Assembly: GCA_035693145.1 (NCBI GenBank)
Contig: DASSHA010000161.1
Coordinates: forward strand, 12,310-76,309
From: Candidatus Limnocylindrales bacterium
Lineage (GTDB): Bacteria > Chloroflexota > Limnocylindria > Limnocylindrales > CSP1-4
DNA: 64,000 bases
Direction: 5' to 3'
Shown one piece after another: positions 21,217 to 30,466 of this stretch. The notes beneath the pieces were generated by a model. That model did no database searches, had not been told where the DNA came from, and saw only the letters and a list, made by a program, of their open reading frames with translations. How positions within the stretch are numbered: the first letter of the stretch is position 1; the number at the start of each line of letters is the position of its first letter. The position numbers and the translations under genes were made by a program.

Positions 21217-22115
21217 TCGATGGTCTCCTTCGTTGTGTCGATGGTCTCGCTCGGGTAGAAGCGCGACTTCAGGTCGTCGAACGAGATGCCACGGGCCTCG
21301 AGCGCTGCCAGCGCGATCCAGACACCGAGCCCGACCGCGACGCCGATCGCGGCGGCCACCTCCGGGCTGAACGTGATCGCCGAGAGTGCGCCGAGCAGCG
21401 CTCCGATGACGGCGCCGACGATGAGCGCGCCGATCGCGCCGCCCGCGCCAGCCCGGCTCAGGATGCCGGCCACGAGGCCGAGCACGCCGAGGACGATCGC
21501 CGTGACGACGATCGCGAGGACGAGGATCCGCCACTCCGGCGCGACCGCCGGCTGGAGCTGGTCGGCCAGGGCGGACCAGCCCCGGTTCGGAAGGTTGAGC
21601 CCGAGGAGCACGGCGACGACGACGCCGACGACGAGGCCGACGAAGAACGCCCGCACCTGGCCCGACGTCCGGGTCCCGAGGCCGATCATGACCAGGCTGA
21701 CCGCAAGCGCGATGAACAGCTCCGTTCCCAGCAGGACGCCCCACCCGATCGAGCCGAACCACCATTCGCCAAGCCAGAGGATCGATCCGATCGAGGCGAG
21801 CATCGCCGCGAAGAGCACGAGCGCGATCGCCATCCCGACGAACGCCGCGACGCGCTTGGCGTTGTCGATGATCTCGCCGAGCTCCGCCTTGGCGAGGTCG
21901 GCGTGGGCTCGGACGAGCCGAAGCGCGGATCCGCGTGTCCGGCCAAGCTCCTCGCGCAGGCCCGGGGCCTCGGGCGGGCTCCCCGACGGCGTGCCGGCCC
22001 CGGTCGGGGGCCGTCCGGGCGGTGGCATCGCGCCGGGCACGGCGGCGAGTCGTTCAGGCGCCGTCGAGCCGGACGTGGTCGAGCCGTCGGCGCCGGGGCG
22101 CGGAGCGCCGGTCAT
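21177..22115 (-). CDS. polytopic membrane protein with a Holin-X-like N-terminal helix
   Basis: LRLVRAHADLAKAELGEIIDNAKRVAAFVGMAIALVLF, followed by about 6 TM segments. It starts at ATG 22115 and has a Pro/Gly/Ser-rich N-terminus. Confidence 0.6.
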   Translation of the reverse strand: MTGAPRPGADGSTTSGSTAPERLAAVPGAMPPPGRPPTGAGTPSGSPPEAPGLREELGRTRGSALRLVRAHADLAKAELGEIIDNAKRVAAFVGMAIALVLFAAMLASIGSILWLGEWWFGSIGWGVLLGTELFIALAVSLVMIGLGTRTSGQVRAFFVGLVVGVVVAVLLGLNLPNRGWSALADQLQPAVAPEWRILVLAIVVTAIVLGVLGLVAGILSRAGAGGAIGALIVGAVIGALLGALSAITFSPEVAAAIGVAVGLGVWIALAALEARGISFDDLKSRFYPSETIDTTKETIEWVRERTPLGRKS

Positions 22116-22239
22116 GCCAGCGGGCCTCGTCGGCAGGTCGTCCAGGGCTGGGCTCCCGGGGTGGTCGAGATGGACGTGAAGTGGGCGGATGATACTGCCG
22201 GCGCCCGACACTGCCCGCCGACACACCTGCGCGACGACG

Positions 22240-22890
22240 TCATGCCGCGCCGAAGGCCCGCCAGCCGAGCCGGTCGGCCGCGTCGAAGAAGCCGTAGGCG
22301 CGCCGGAACGCCGGATCCGTCGCCGCCTTCGGCGGTCTCGTCGCTGTCAGCCACAACAGCCGCTCGAGCTCCGCGACGCGCTCGGCCAGCTCCGCAGGTC
22401 CACGCGGGGCGGCGATGTCGGCGTAGCTCCGACGGATCGACGGGAACCGCACCTCGTCCTCAGGGAGCCGGGGCAGGAAGGCGAGCACGACGCGCGCGTG
22501 CGCAAGCGCCACGAGATCGGACGTCCGTGCCGCCCGGATCGCCGGGCGGGCCACGGCCGGGAGCCGGTCGCCGATGGCGCGCTCGAGCCATCGTTCGCGG
22601 GTCTCTGCCTCTCGCTCGGCCTCGCTGCCGGGCGATCCGACCCGCATCGCGGCGGCGAGCGTGAGCAGGTAATGGAGCTCGGCGAGCGGCACGCCCTCCG
22701 ATCGGAGCCATCCCTGGAACCCGGCACGGACACCTTCGAGGTGCGGCAGCGTCGCGTCGGCGAGGTAGTCGGCGCCGCCGGCCGGGAGCTCGCCCTCGTC
22801 CGCCACCGCGTCGAGCAGCTCGCGCGTCCGTCGGACCAGATCGAGGAGCCGGTCGAAGTCGAGAAAGCCGCTGCCGTCGAGGTCGGTCAT
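22240..22890 (-). CDS. hypothetical protein (216 aa, predicted all-helical)
   Basis: Clean ORF with normal amino-acid composition and GC-rich third positions. No motif recognised. Confidence 0.6.
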   Translation of the reverse strand: MTDLDGSGFLDFDRLLDLVRRTRELLDAVADEGELPAGGADYLADATLPHLEGVRAGFQGWLRSEGVPLAELHYLLTLAAAMRVGSPGSEAEREAETRERWLERAIGDRLPAVARPAIRAARTSDLVALAHARVVLAFLPRLPEDEVRFPSIRRSYADIAAPRGPAELAERVAELERLLWLTATRPPKAATDPAFRRAYGFFDAADRLGWRAFGAA

Positions 22891-23083
22891 GCCTGCTCCC
22901 GTTCGGTGCGAACGAGCGTCCGGCGCGTCGGCGGATCGTGCGAGCGGCGCGATCGTCGCGCGTCGATGTGCCCGATCGTACCGGCCGTGGGATCGCCGCC
23001 GCTTGCGATCGGCGGCCGGCGGCTATCGGCGAACGGTCAGGTCGGCGGGAGCAGGCCCGTCGGCTGCGCTAGGCTGCCGCACG

Positions 23084-24319
23084 ATGACCAGCTCGACGAC
23101 CTCGCCCACGGGCCGTTCCGACAGGGCGCATGCCCGCCGGCTCGAGCGCGCCGAGCTCCTCGCGGTGGGCAGCGAGCTGACGACCGGCGAGACGCGGGAC
23201 ACGAACGCGGGCGACCTGGCACGGTCGCTCAGCGAGCACGGGCTTCGAGTCACCCGGCTCATCGAGCTCCCGGACGAGCAGACCACCGTCGCCGACGCGG
23301 TCCGCGACGCGCTCGGCCGAGCGGATCTCGTCGTCGTGACCGGGGGCCTCGGACCCACCCCCGATGACCTGACCCGCGAATCGATCGGCGCTGCGCTCGG
23401 TGAGACGCCATCGGTCGATCCGGCGCTCGAACGCTGGGTGCGCGGGCTCTGGCAGCGGCGGCGGCTGCCGTTTCCGGAATCGAACATCAAGCAGGCCTGG
23501 CTCATCCCGTCGGCGAGCGCGATCCCGAACGACCACGGGACCGCTCCCGGGTGGTGGGTCGACGCGCCCGACGGCCGCGTCATCGTCGCGCTGCCCGGGC
23601 CGCCGCGCGAGATGCACGCGATGTGGGAGGTTGGCGTCCTGCCCAGGCTTCGCCGCCGCGCCTTCGGTCGGCCGCGCGTGACGCGGACCTTCCGGCTGAC
23701 CGGGATCGGCGAATCGCAGGCCGCCGATGCAATCGGACGAGACCTGCTCGCGGCCGAGCACCCGCTCGTCGCGACCTACGCCCGGCCCGACTCGGTCGAC
23801 GTCCGGGTGACGGCCTTCGCCGACGACGACGATACGGCCCGGCGGATCGTCGAATCGGCGGTCGCGACGATCGAGGCGGCCGTCGGCGAACACGTCTGGG
23901 CCGAAGGCTCCGCGACGTGGGCAGACGTCGTCGAGGCGGAGCTATCGCGGACGGGCCGGCGACTGCGGATCGACGAGACGGGCACGAACGGGGCACTCGT
24001 CGCGCTTCTGGGCGGTGTCGGGCGGCTCGTCGGTGCCGCCGTCCGGCCCCTCGGATCGACCGCGGCCACGACGCCCATCGATACCTTCGAGGCGTCGGCG
24101 GTGGGGCGCGACGTCGTCAACGTCGCGCTCACCGCGGGCGCAACGGGCGAGGGTGGCGACCTGGCGGTGTCGCTCCTGATCCGGGGCGACGGCATCACCG
24201 TGGATGAGCTCGGGGTGGCGTTCCTGCGCGACGATCAGGGGCGTGCCCGTGCGGCCGTCTTCGCCTCCTGGGCTCTGGTTCGGGCCCTTCGCGGCCTGCC
24301 GGACGCCCTGCGGGACTGA
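23084..24319 (+). CDS. cinA: CinA-family competence/damage-inducible protein (MoCF-binding domain plus CinA C-terminal domain)
   Basis: Carries AELLAVGSELTTGETRDTNAG...DLVVVTGGLGPTPDDLTRE. ATG 23084 is an internal start of listed ORF 22889..24319. Confidence 0.85.
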   Translation: MTSSTTSPTGRSDRAHARRLERAELLAVGSELTTGETRDTNAGDLARSLSEHGLRVTRLIELPDEQTTVADAVRDALGRADLVVVTGGLGPTPDDLTRESIGAALGETPSVDPALERWVRGLWQRRRLPFPESNIKQAWLIPSASAIPNDHGTAPGWWVDAPDGRVIVALPGPPREMHAMWEVGVLPRLRRRAFGRPRVTRTFRLTGIGESQAADAIGRDLLAAEHPLVATYARPDSVDVRVTAFADDDDTARRIVESAVATIEAAVGEHVWAEGSATWADVVEAELSRTGRRLRIDETGTNGALVALLGGVGRLVGAAVRPLGSTAATTPIDTFEASAVGRDVVNVALTAGATGEGGDLAVSLLIRGDGITVDELGVAFLRDDQGRARAAVFASWALVRALRGLPDALRD

Positions 24320-24786
24320 TGGTCGACGTCGCCGAGCTTGCGCCGTTCGAGCTCCTGCACGATTTGCCGGCGGCCGACCTCGAACGGTTGGCGGCCGGCG
24401 CATCGGCTCGTCACCTCGATCCCGGTGAGCCGCTCTTCAACGCCGGCGAGCCTGCGGCATCGATGTTCGGCGTCCGGGCCGGCGAGATCGCGCTGCGTGC
24501 GTCCGCCGGCGAACGGTCGACGATCGTCATGACCGCGCGCAGCGGGGAGCTGTTGGGCTGGTCGGCGCTGCGGGAGGATGCGCGCTGGCTGACGACCGGG
24601 CGCGCCGTCGGATCCGCCGACGTCGTGATCGTTCCGGTCGAGACCGTCCTCGGTCTCCTGGGATCGGGCTCGGACGCCGCTCGCGTCCTGATCCGGCGGC
24701 TCTTCGGGCTCGCCGCAGCGCACCTCGACGAGACGCAGGCGCAGCTCCTGCGCCCGGGTCACGAGGGCCCGATCACGGGAGGCTGA
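24319..24786 (+). CDS. cyclic-nucleotide-binding domain protein (effector domain only, no DNA-binding domain)
   Basis: Carries FELLHDLPAADLERLA...GEPLFNAGEPAASMFGVRAGEIALR...GELLGWSAL. The start overlaps the cinA stop by 1 nt (TGATG). Confidence 0.75.
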   Translation: MVDVAELAPFELLHDLPAADLERLAAGASARHLDPGEPLFNAGEPAASMFGVRAGEIALRASAGERSTIVMTARSGELLGWSALREDARWLTTGRAVGSADVVIVPVETVLGLLGSGSDAARVLIRRLFGLAAAHLDETQAQLLRPGHEGPITGG

Positions 24787-24837
24787 CCGGATCCGCTCCG
24801 CGTCCCCCCTACGCCACGCGTGCCCCGCGCGCCGGGG

Positions 24838-25917
24838 TCAGTGGACGGACAGGACGGGCTGCAGGCTCGATTCGGCGCGAACGCTCATCCGGGCGGCGAC
24901 GATGCTCGCCAGCTGCCGGAGCGCAACGGCCGCCGGACCGGGCTCGCGCTGGGCGACGGCCGGGACGCCGACGTCGCCGCCCTGGCGGACGGTCACGTCG
25001 AGCGGGACGCCGCCGAGGTAGTCGATCCCCTGCTCCTGCGCGAACCGCTCGCCGCCGCCGCGACCGAAGATCTCCGTCTCCTCGCCGCAGTGCGGGCAGA
25101 CGAACGCGCTCATGTTCTCGACGATCCCGATGATCGGGACGTTCATCCGCCGCAGCATCGCCGTCGCCTTGCGGACGTCGGACAGGGCGACCTCCTGTGG
25201 CGTGGTGACAAGGACGGTGCCCGAGACGGGGACGGACTGGGCGAGCGTGAGCTGCGCGTCGGAGGTGCCCGGCGGGAGGTCGATGACGAGGTAATCGAGC
25301 TCGCCCCAGTCGACGTCGCGCAGGAACTGCTGGATCGCGCCCCCGACGAGCGGGCCGCGCCACACGATCGGCTGACCTTCCGGCACGAAGAACTGGATCG
25401 AGATGACCTTCACGCCGTGGCGCTCGAGCGGCGTGATCTTGTTCGATTCCGACGCCTTCGGCTGTCCGTCGACGCCGAGCATCTGGGGGATGTTCGGGCC
25501 CGTGATGTCCGCATCGAGGAGGCCGACAGACGCGCCGGCCTGGGCGAGCGCGACGGCGAGGTTGACGCTGATCGTGCTCTTGCCGACGCCGCCCTTGCCG
25601 GACGCAACGGCGATGATGTTCTTCACGCCCGGCAGCAGCTGCTCGGGCCGCGGAGCGGCAGCTCGACGGACCGTTGCCGACCACCCGACCTGCACGTCGG
25701 TCGCGCCGAGCGGCGCGAGGACCGTTCGGACGTTGGACTCGATCTCGTCCTTGAGCGGACAGGCGGGCGTCGTGAGCTCGATCGTGAACGCGACGCGGCC
25801 GCCGTCGATCGCGAGGTCGCGGATCATGTTGCGGGTGACGAGGTCGCCGCCGAGCTCGGGCTCCTGCACCTGCCGGAGCGCATCGAGGACGGCAGCCTCG
25901 CTCAGGGTCGTCATCAT
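24838..25917 (-). CDS. apbC: Mrp/ApbC-type iron-sulfur cluster carrier ATPase
   Basis: N-terminal DUF59-like domain (VLDALRQVQEPELGGDLV...TTPACPLKD), P-loop ASGKGGVGKSTISVNLA and CPHCG. The start is ATG 25917 (MMTTLSE). Confidence 0.9.
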   Translation of the reverse strand: MMTTLSEAAVLDALRQVQEPELGGDLVTRNMIRDLAIDGGRVAFTIELTTPACPLKDEIESNVRTVLAPLGATDVQVGWSATVRRAAAPRPEQLLPGVKNIIAVASGKGGVGKSTISVNLAVALAQAGASVGLLDADITGPNIPQMLGVDGQPKASESNKITPLERHGVKVISIQFFVPEGQPIVWRGPLVGGAIQQFLRDVDWGELDYLVIDLPPGTSDAQLTLAQSVPVSGTVLVTTPQEVALSDVRKATAMLRRMNVPIIGIVENMSAFVCPHCGEETEIFGRGGGERFAQEQGIDYLGGVPLDVTVRQGGDVGVPAVAQREPGPAAVALRQLASIVAARMSVRAESSLQPVLSVH

Positions 25918-26076
25918 CTTGGGTAGGTCATCCGTGCGGAGAGTCGGCCAGAGCCGCGCCTCACATCGTACCCCCGTGTCCCCGATCGCCCGGCAGCAGC
26001 GACTCGGGTCCGGGACAGCGCGAATTTCGCACCGATTGGCCGATTTCCGCACGAACTCCGCCCGCGCCTGCGGTCC

Positions 26077-26105
26077 TTGACACCCCTTTTCCTCGGACCT
26101 ACGAT
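26077..26105 (+). promoter_or_regulatory. candidate sigma70-type promoter, TTGACA-N17-TACGAT, for the potADBC-aminotransferase operon
   Basis: -35 at 26077-26082 and -10 at 26100-26105, with exactly 17 nt between them. It lies about 105 nt upstream of GTG 26210. Confidence 0.5.
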
Positions 26106-26209
26106 CCCGCCACCGTCGGGCCGGAGCGCGCGGGGGTCCGCGGCCTTGGGACGAGGTCGGCCCGGGTCGCGGCCGGACTCCCACGCGAGGACGAGGAGAG
26201 CGAGGGAAC

Positions 26210-27379
26210 GTGCCCGCCGTCCGCCTGGTCGACGTCACGAAGCAGTTCGGCGACGTCGTCGCCGTCGACGGGATCAACCTCGAGGTCGACGACGGCGAGT
26301 TCTTCTCGCTCCTCGGGCCCTCGGGCTGCGGCAAGACCACGACCCTCCGGATGATCGGCGGGTTCGAGCAGCCGACGGGCGGGCTCATCGAGCTCCAGGG
26401 TCGTGACGTCACCTGGCTGCCGCCGTACCAGCGCAATGTCAACACGGTCTTCCAGAGCTACGCGCTCTTTCCCCATTTGTCGATCTTCGAGAACGTCGCG
26501 TTCGGGCTGCGCCGTCGCGGCGTGGCCGGCGCGGAGGTTCGGGCGCGCGTCGGCGAGATGCTCGAGCTCGTCGAGCTGCCGGGCTACGAGAAGCGCAAGC
26601 CGAACCAGATCTCGGGCGGCCAGGCCCAGCGGGTCGCGCTCGCTCGCGCGCTCATCAATCGGCCGGCCGTCCTGCTCCTCGACGAGCCGCTCGGCGCGCT
26701 CGATCTCAAGCTCCGGAAGCAGATGCAGGTCGAGCTCAAGCGGATCCAGCGGGAGGTCGGGATCACGTTCATCTACGTGACCCACGACCAGGAGGAGGCG
26801 CTCACGATGTCGGACCGGATCGCGGTGATGAACCGCGGCCGGTACGAGCAGCTTGGCGATTGCGAGTCGCTCTACGAACGCCCCTCCACGAGGTTCGTCG
26901 CGGGCTTCCTCGGCGTGAGCAACCTCCTCCCGGTGACGATCGAGGGAACCGACGGCGAGTACGCGATCGGCCGCATCGACGCTGGCTCGACCCTCCGGCT
27001 GCCGCGCACGCTGGCGAACGGTCACCGCCAGGTCGAGCTCGGCGTTCGACCCGAGAAGATCCGGCTGCACGAGCCGAGCGAGGAGCTGGTGGCCGGCCTG
27101 AACCGGCTCGCGGGTGTCATCCGCGACGCGTCCTACACGGGCGCCAGCACGCAGTACATCGTCCAGACCGCGAGCGGTGCCGAGCTGACCGTGTACGAGC
27201 AGAACGTCGAGCGGGCCAGCCGCGCCGAGCTGTGGGCGGCCGGCGAGGACGTCGTCCTCGGCTGGCTCCCCGAGCACACCTTCGTCGTCGCGGGCGACGA
27301 CGATCCGACCGAACCGCTCGAACCGCCAGCCGAACCCTCCCAAGCGGTGTCTGCGCAGAGTGCAAGAGGAGACGCATGA
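26210..27379 (+). CDS. potA: polyamine-type ABC transporter ATP-binding protein
   Basis: Walker A GPSGCGKTT, signature ISGGQAQRVALARAL and Walker B LLLDEP, with a C-terminal TOBE-like domain. The GTG start is preceded by GAGGAGAGCGAGGGA. Confidence 0.9.
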   Translation: MPAVRLVDVTKQFGDVVAVDGINLEVDDGEFFSLLGPSGCGKTTTLRMIGGFEQPTGGLIELQGRDVTWLPPYQRNVNTVFQSYALFPHLSIFENVAFGLRRRGVAGAEVRARVGEMLELVELPGYEKRKPNQISGGQAQRVALARALINRPAVLLLDEPLGALDLKLRKQMQVELKRIQREVGITFIYVTHDQEEALTMSDRIAVMNRGRYEQLGDCESLYERPSTRFVAGFLGVSNLLPVTIEGTDGEYAIGRIDAGSTLRLPRTLANGHRQVELGVRPEKIRLHEPSEELVAGLNRLAGVIRDASYTGASTQYIVQTASGAELTVYEQNVERASRAELWAAGEDVVLGWLPEHTFVVAGDDDPTEPLEPPAEPSQAVSAQSARGDA

Positions 27380-28641
27380 GCGACCTGGATCCACGGCTTC
27401 AGACGGCGATCAGCCGGCGGGCAGTCCTCAAGGGCGGGGCCCTCGCCGGGTTCGGCGCGTTCCTGGCGGCCTGCGCCGGCGTCGACACCTCGGGCGCGCC
27501 GAGCACGAGCAGCGGGACGGGCTCCGTCGGGGTGCCGACACCACCGCCCGTCTCGGTCGCGCCGTCCGTCGCCCCCACGGCGAAGACCGTCACGGGACCG
27601 CTCAAGTTCGCCAACTGGGCCGCCTACATCGACCTGACCGGAAAGGCGGCCGACGAGGAGAAGTACGCACCCGGCTCGTCGCCGTCACTCGAGGAGTTCA
27701 AGAAGAAATACAAGGTCGACGTCGATTACGAGGAGAAGATCGAGGACAATCCCTCGTTCCTCAGCCAGATCCAGCCCGCGTTCGTCGCCAACGTGCCGAC
27801 AGGCTGGGATCTGATCGTCATGACGGACTCGTTCGCGGCCGAGATCATCAGCAAGGGCTGGGCGGAGAAGATCGACCAGGAGAACGTCCCGAACTGCACC
27901 GGCAACCTGCGCGACGCCCTCCGCAACCAGCCCTGGGATCCGGGCAACGACTATCACTACCCGTGGCAGTCGGGCATGACCGGCGTCGGCTACAACGCCA
28001 AGGCGCTGAAGGACAACGGCATCGCCGCGCCCAAGAAGATCGCCGACCTCTGGAACATGCCGGCCAACAAGGTCGAGTTCCTGACCGAGGCGCGCGACAC
28101 CTTCGGGCTCACGCTGCTCAAGCTAGGGATCGATCCGGACCCGGCGAAGGTGACCGCCGACGATCTCCAGAAGGTCCACGACGACATCCAGCCGCTCGTC
28201 GACAAGGGCCTGAAGTTCCTCGGCCAGGGCTATCTCGAGTCGTTCGGTGCGAAGAACGTCTGGGCGGGCTACGTCTGGTCCGGCGACCTCGCGTCCTCGG
28301 GCGGCGAGGACGACATGTTCGTCTTCCCGGACGAAGGCGTGATGATCTGGACGGACAACATGATCATCCCGAAGGGCGCCGCGAACAAGTACACGGCGGA
28401 GCTCATGATGAACTGGGTCTACGATCCGAAGGTCGCCGCGGACATCGCCGACTACGTCTACTACGTGTCGCCGGTGAAGGACATCGGCGACCTGATCAAG
28501 AAGCTCGATCCGGGCGCCGAGAGCAATCCCCTCCTCTTTCCCGACGACGCCGTCGTCGCCAAGTCGCACAGCTTCCAGTTCATGAGCCCCGAGCTCGAAT
28601 CGAAGATGAACGACCTGTTCGCGGACCTGCGCGGGACGTGA
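27376..28641 (+). CDS. potD: polyamine-type (PotD/PotF-like) substrate-binding lipoprotein with Tat-like signal
   Basis: Begins MSDLDPRLQTAISRRAVLKGGALAGFGAFLAAC-AG. ATG 27376 overlaps the potA stop (ATGA). Confidence 0.85.
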   Translation: MSDLDPRLQTAISRRAVLKGGALAGFGAFLAACAGVDTSGAPSTSSGTGSVGVPTPPPVSVAPSVAPTAKTVTGPLKFANWAAYIDLTGKAADEEKYAPGSSPSLEEFKKKYKVDVDYEEKIEDNPSFLSQIQPAFVANVPTGWDLIVMTDSFAAEIISKGWAEKIDQENVPNCTGNLRDALRNQPWDPGNDYHYPWQSGMTGVGYNAKALKDNGIAAPKKIADLWNMPANKVEFLTEARDTFGLTLLKLGIDPDPAKVTADDLQKVHDDIQPLVDKGLKFLGQGYLESFGAKNVWAGYVWSGDLASSGGEDDMFVFPDEGVMIWTDNMIIPKGAANKYTAELMMNWVYDPKVAADIADYVYYVSPVKDIGDLIKKLDPGAESNPLLFPDDAVVAKSHSFQFMSPELESKMNDLFADLRGT

Positions 28642-28666
28642 TCGTTCGCCAGCGTCTCGCGCAGCG

Positions 28667-29560
28667 GTGACGACCGCCGCCGCGCCGCCCGCCAGCGGCC
28701 GCATGCGTCGCCGGGTCCTGCACCTGACGCCGTACCTCCTCCTCGTGCCCGGGCTGCTCTGGCTGCTCGTGTTCTTCGTTCTGCCGATGATCCAGATGTT
28801 CACCTATTCGGTGGCCAGGGGGTCGCTCGACACCGGCGGATTCCGGCTCGTCTGGACCGCCGACAACTACGCCGCGGCCATCGCCCGGTACGGCCGTCAG
28901 TTCGTCAACTCGATCACGTTCGGTGGGCTCGCGACGATCCTGACGCTCGCGATCGGCTTCCCGGTGGCCTACACGATCGCGTTCCGCGGTGGGCGCTTCA
29001 AGAACCTCCTGCTGTTCGTCGTCATCGCGCCGTTCTTCACGAGCTTCCTGATCCGGACGATCTCGTGGAAGATCCTGCTCGGCGACGAAGGGCCGGTGCT
29101 CGGGCCGCTCAAGCACGTCTTCAACGTCCTGCCGGGCGACTTCTCGGTCATCTTCACGCCGGTTTCGCAGCTCGCCGGGCTCACCTACAACTTCCTGCCG
29201 TTCATGATCCTGCCGCTCTATGTCGCGCTCGAGAAGATCGACCCGCGCCTCATCGAGGCCGCGCAGGATCTGTACGCCAGCAACGTCGGTGCGTTCCGGC
29301 GGGTGACCCTGCCGCTCGCGCTGCCCGGCGTCTTCGCCGGGACGCTGCTGACGTTCATCCCGGCGATGGGTGACTACGTCAACGCCGAGCTGCTCGGGAG
29401 CCCCCGGACGCAGATGATCGGCAACGTCATCCAGGACCGGCTGATCATCCAGGGCGACTATCCCATCGGATCGGCGCTCTCGTTCATCCTGATGGTCGGA
29501 ATCGTCGTGGCCGTGGCGGTCTACGCCCGGCTGCTCGGCACCGAGCAGCTGACGGGCTGA
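28667..29560 (+). CDS. potB: ABC transporter permease (PotB-like)
   Basis: 6-TM permease with EAA-type loop LIEAAQDLYASNVGAFRRVTLP. ATG 28703 is an alternative start. Confidence 0.85.
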   Translation: MTTAAAPPASGRMRRRVLHLTPYLLLVPGLLWLLVFFVLPMIQMFTYSVARGSLDTGGFRLVWTADNYAAAIARYGRQFVNSITFGGLATILTLAIGFPVAYTIAFRGGRFKNLLLFVVIAPFFTSFLIRTISWKILLGDEGPVLGPLKHVFNVLPGDFSVIFTPVSQLAGLTYNFLPFMILPLYVALEKIDPRLIEAAQDLYASNVGAFRRVTLPLALPGVFAGTLLTFIPAMGDYVNAELLGSPRTQMIGNVIQDRLIIQGDYPIGSALSFILMVGIVVAVAVYARLLGTEQLTG

Positions 29561-29569
29561 GCGGCTGGC

Positions 29570-30466
29570 GTGACCGCGACGACGCTCGAACCACTCACGA
29601 CGACGGCGCGCGGTCGCGGTCGCGGTCGCGGGATCCGGCGAACGCTCGCCCGCTGGGCGCTGCCGACGTTCACGGGGCTCGCGATCGTGTACCTGCTCAT
29701 CCCGATCGCCGTGATGTTCCTGTTCAGCTTCAACCGGCTCGACCAGTCCCTCGGCGACGGGCGCTCGAACTACCAGTGGCACGCCTTCAGCCTCGACGCC
29801 TGGGCCCACCCGTTCGACTGGCCGGGCCTCGCCGATTCGATCCGGATCAGCCTGACGATCGCCGCGCTGTCCACCGTCGGCTCGACGATCCTCGGCACGC
29901 TCATCGGCCTGTCGCTGACGCGCTACTCGTTCCGGGGCCGCGGCCTCATCAACGGGCTCATCTTCCTGCCGATGGCGACGCCCGAGGTGGTGATGGGTGC
30001 GAGCCTCCTCACGCTGTTCGTCGCGACCGTCCTGCCGCCGCTCCGTGGAACGGCGCCGGCGCTCTACCCGACCGGCTTCCTGACGATCCTCATCGCCCAC
30101 GTCATGTTCAACATCAGCTACGTCGTCGTGACGGTGAAGGCGCGTCTCGCCGGGTTCGACCGCCGGCTCGAGGAGGCCGCGATGGACCTCGGCGCGAACG
30201 AGTGGACGACCTTCTGGCGGGTGACATTCCCGCTCATCCTGCCCGGCATCCTCGCGGCGGCGCTGCTGGCCTTCAGCCTCTCGATCGACGACTTCGTCAT
30301 CACGAGCTTCGTGTCGGGTACGACGAACACGTTCCCGATCCTCGTCTACAGCATCCAGAAGAACGCCCTGCCGGTGCAGATCAACGTCATCGGCTCGGTC
30401 ATCTTCTTCGCCGCTGTCGCGGTCGTCGCGGTGACGACACTCGTCCAGGCCCGGCGCAACCGATGA
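29570..30466 (+). CDS. potC: ABC transporter permease (PotC-like)
   Basis: EAA-type loop LEEAAMDLGANEWTTFWRVTFP. Confidence 0.85.
   Translation: MTATTLEPLTTTARGRGRGRGIRRTLARWALPTFTGLAIVYLLIPIAVMFLFSFNRLDQSLGDGRSNYQWHAFSLDAWAHPFDWPGLADSIRISLTIAALSTVGSTILGTLIGLSLTRYSFRGRGLINGLIFLPMATPEVVMGASLLTLFVATVLPPLRGTAPALYPTGFLTILIAHVMFNISYVVVTVKARLAGFDRRLEEAAMDLGANEWTTFWRVTFPLILPGILAAALLAFSLSIDDFVITSFVSGTTNTFPILVYSIQKNALPVQINVIGSVIFFAAVAVVAVTTLVQARRNR

Noticed and set aside
21177-22115. Holin-like annotation taken as evidence of a prophage next to tRNA-Leu.
   Set aside because: No integrase, capsid, terminase, lysin or att-like repeat is in the vicinity. GC content and codon usage match the host.
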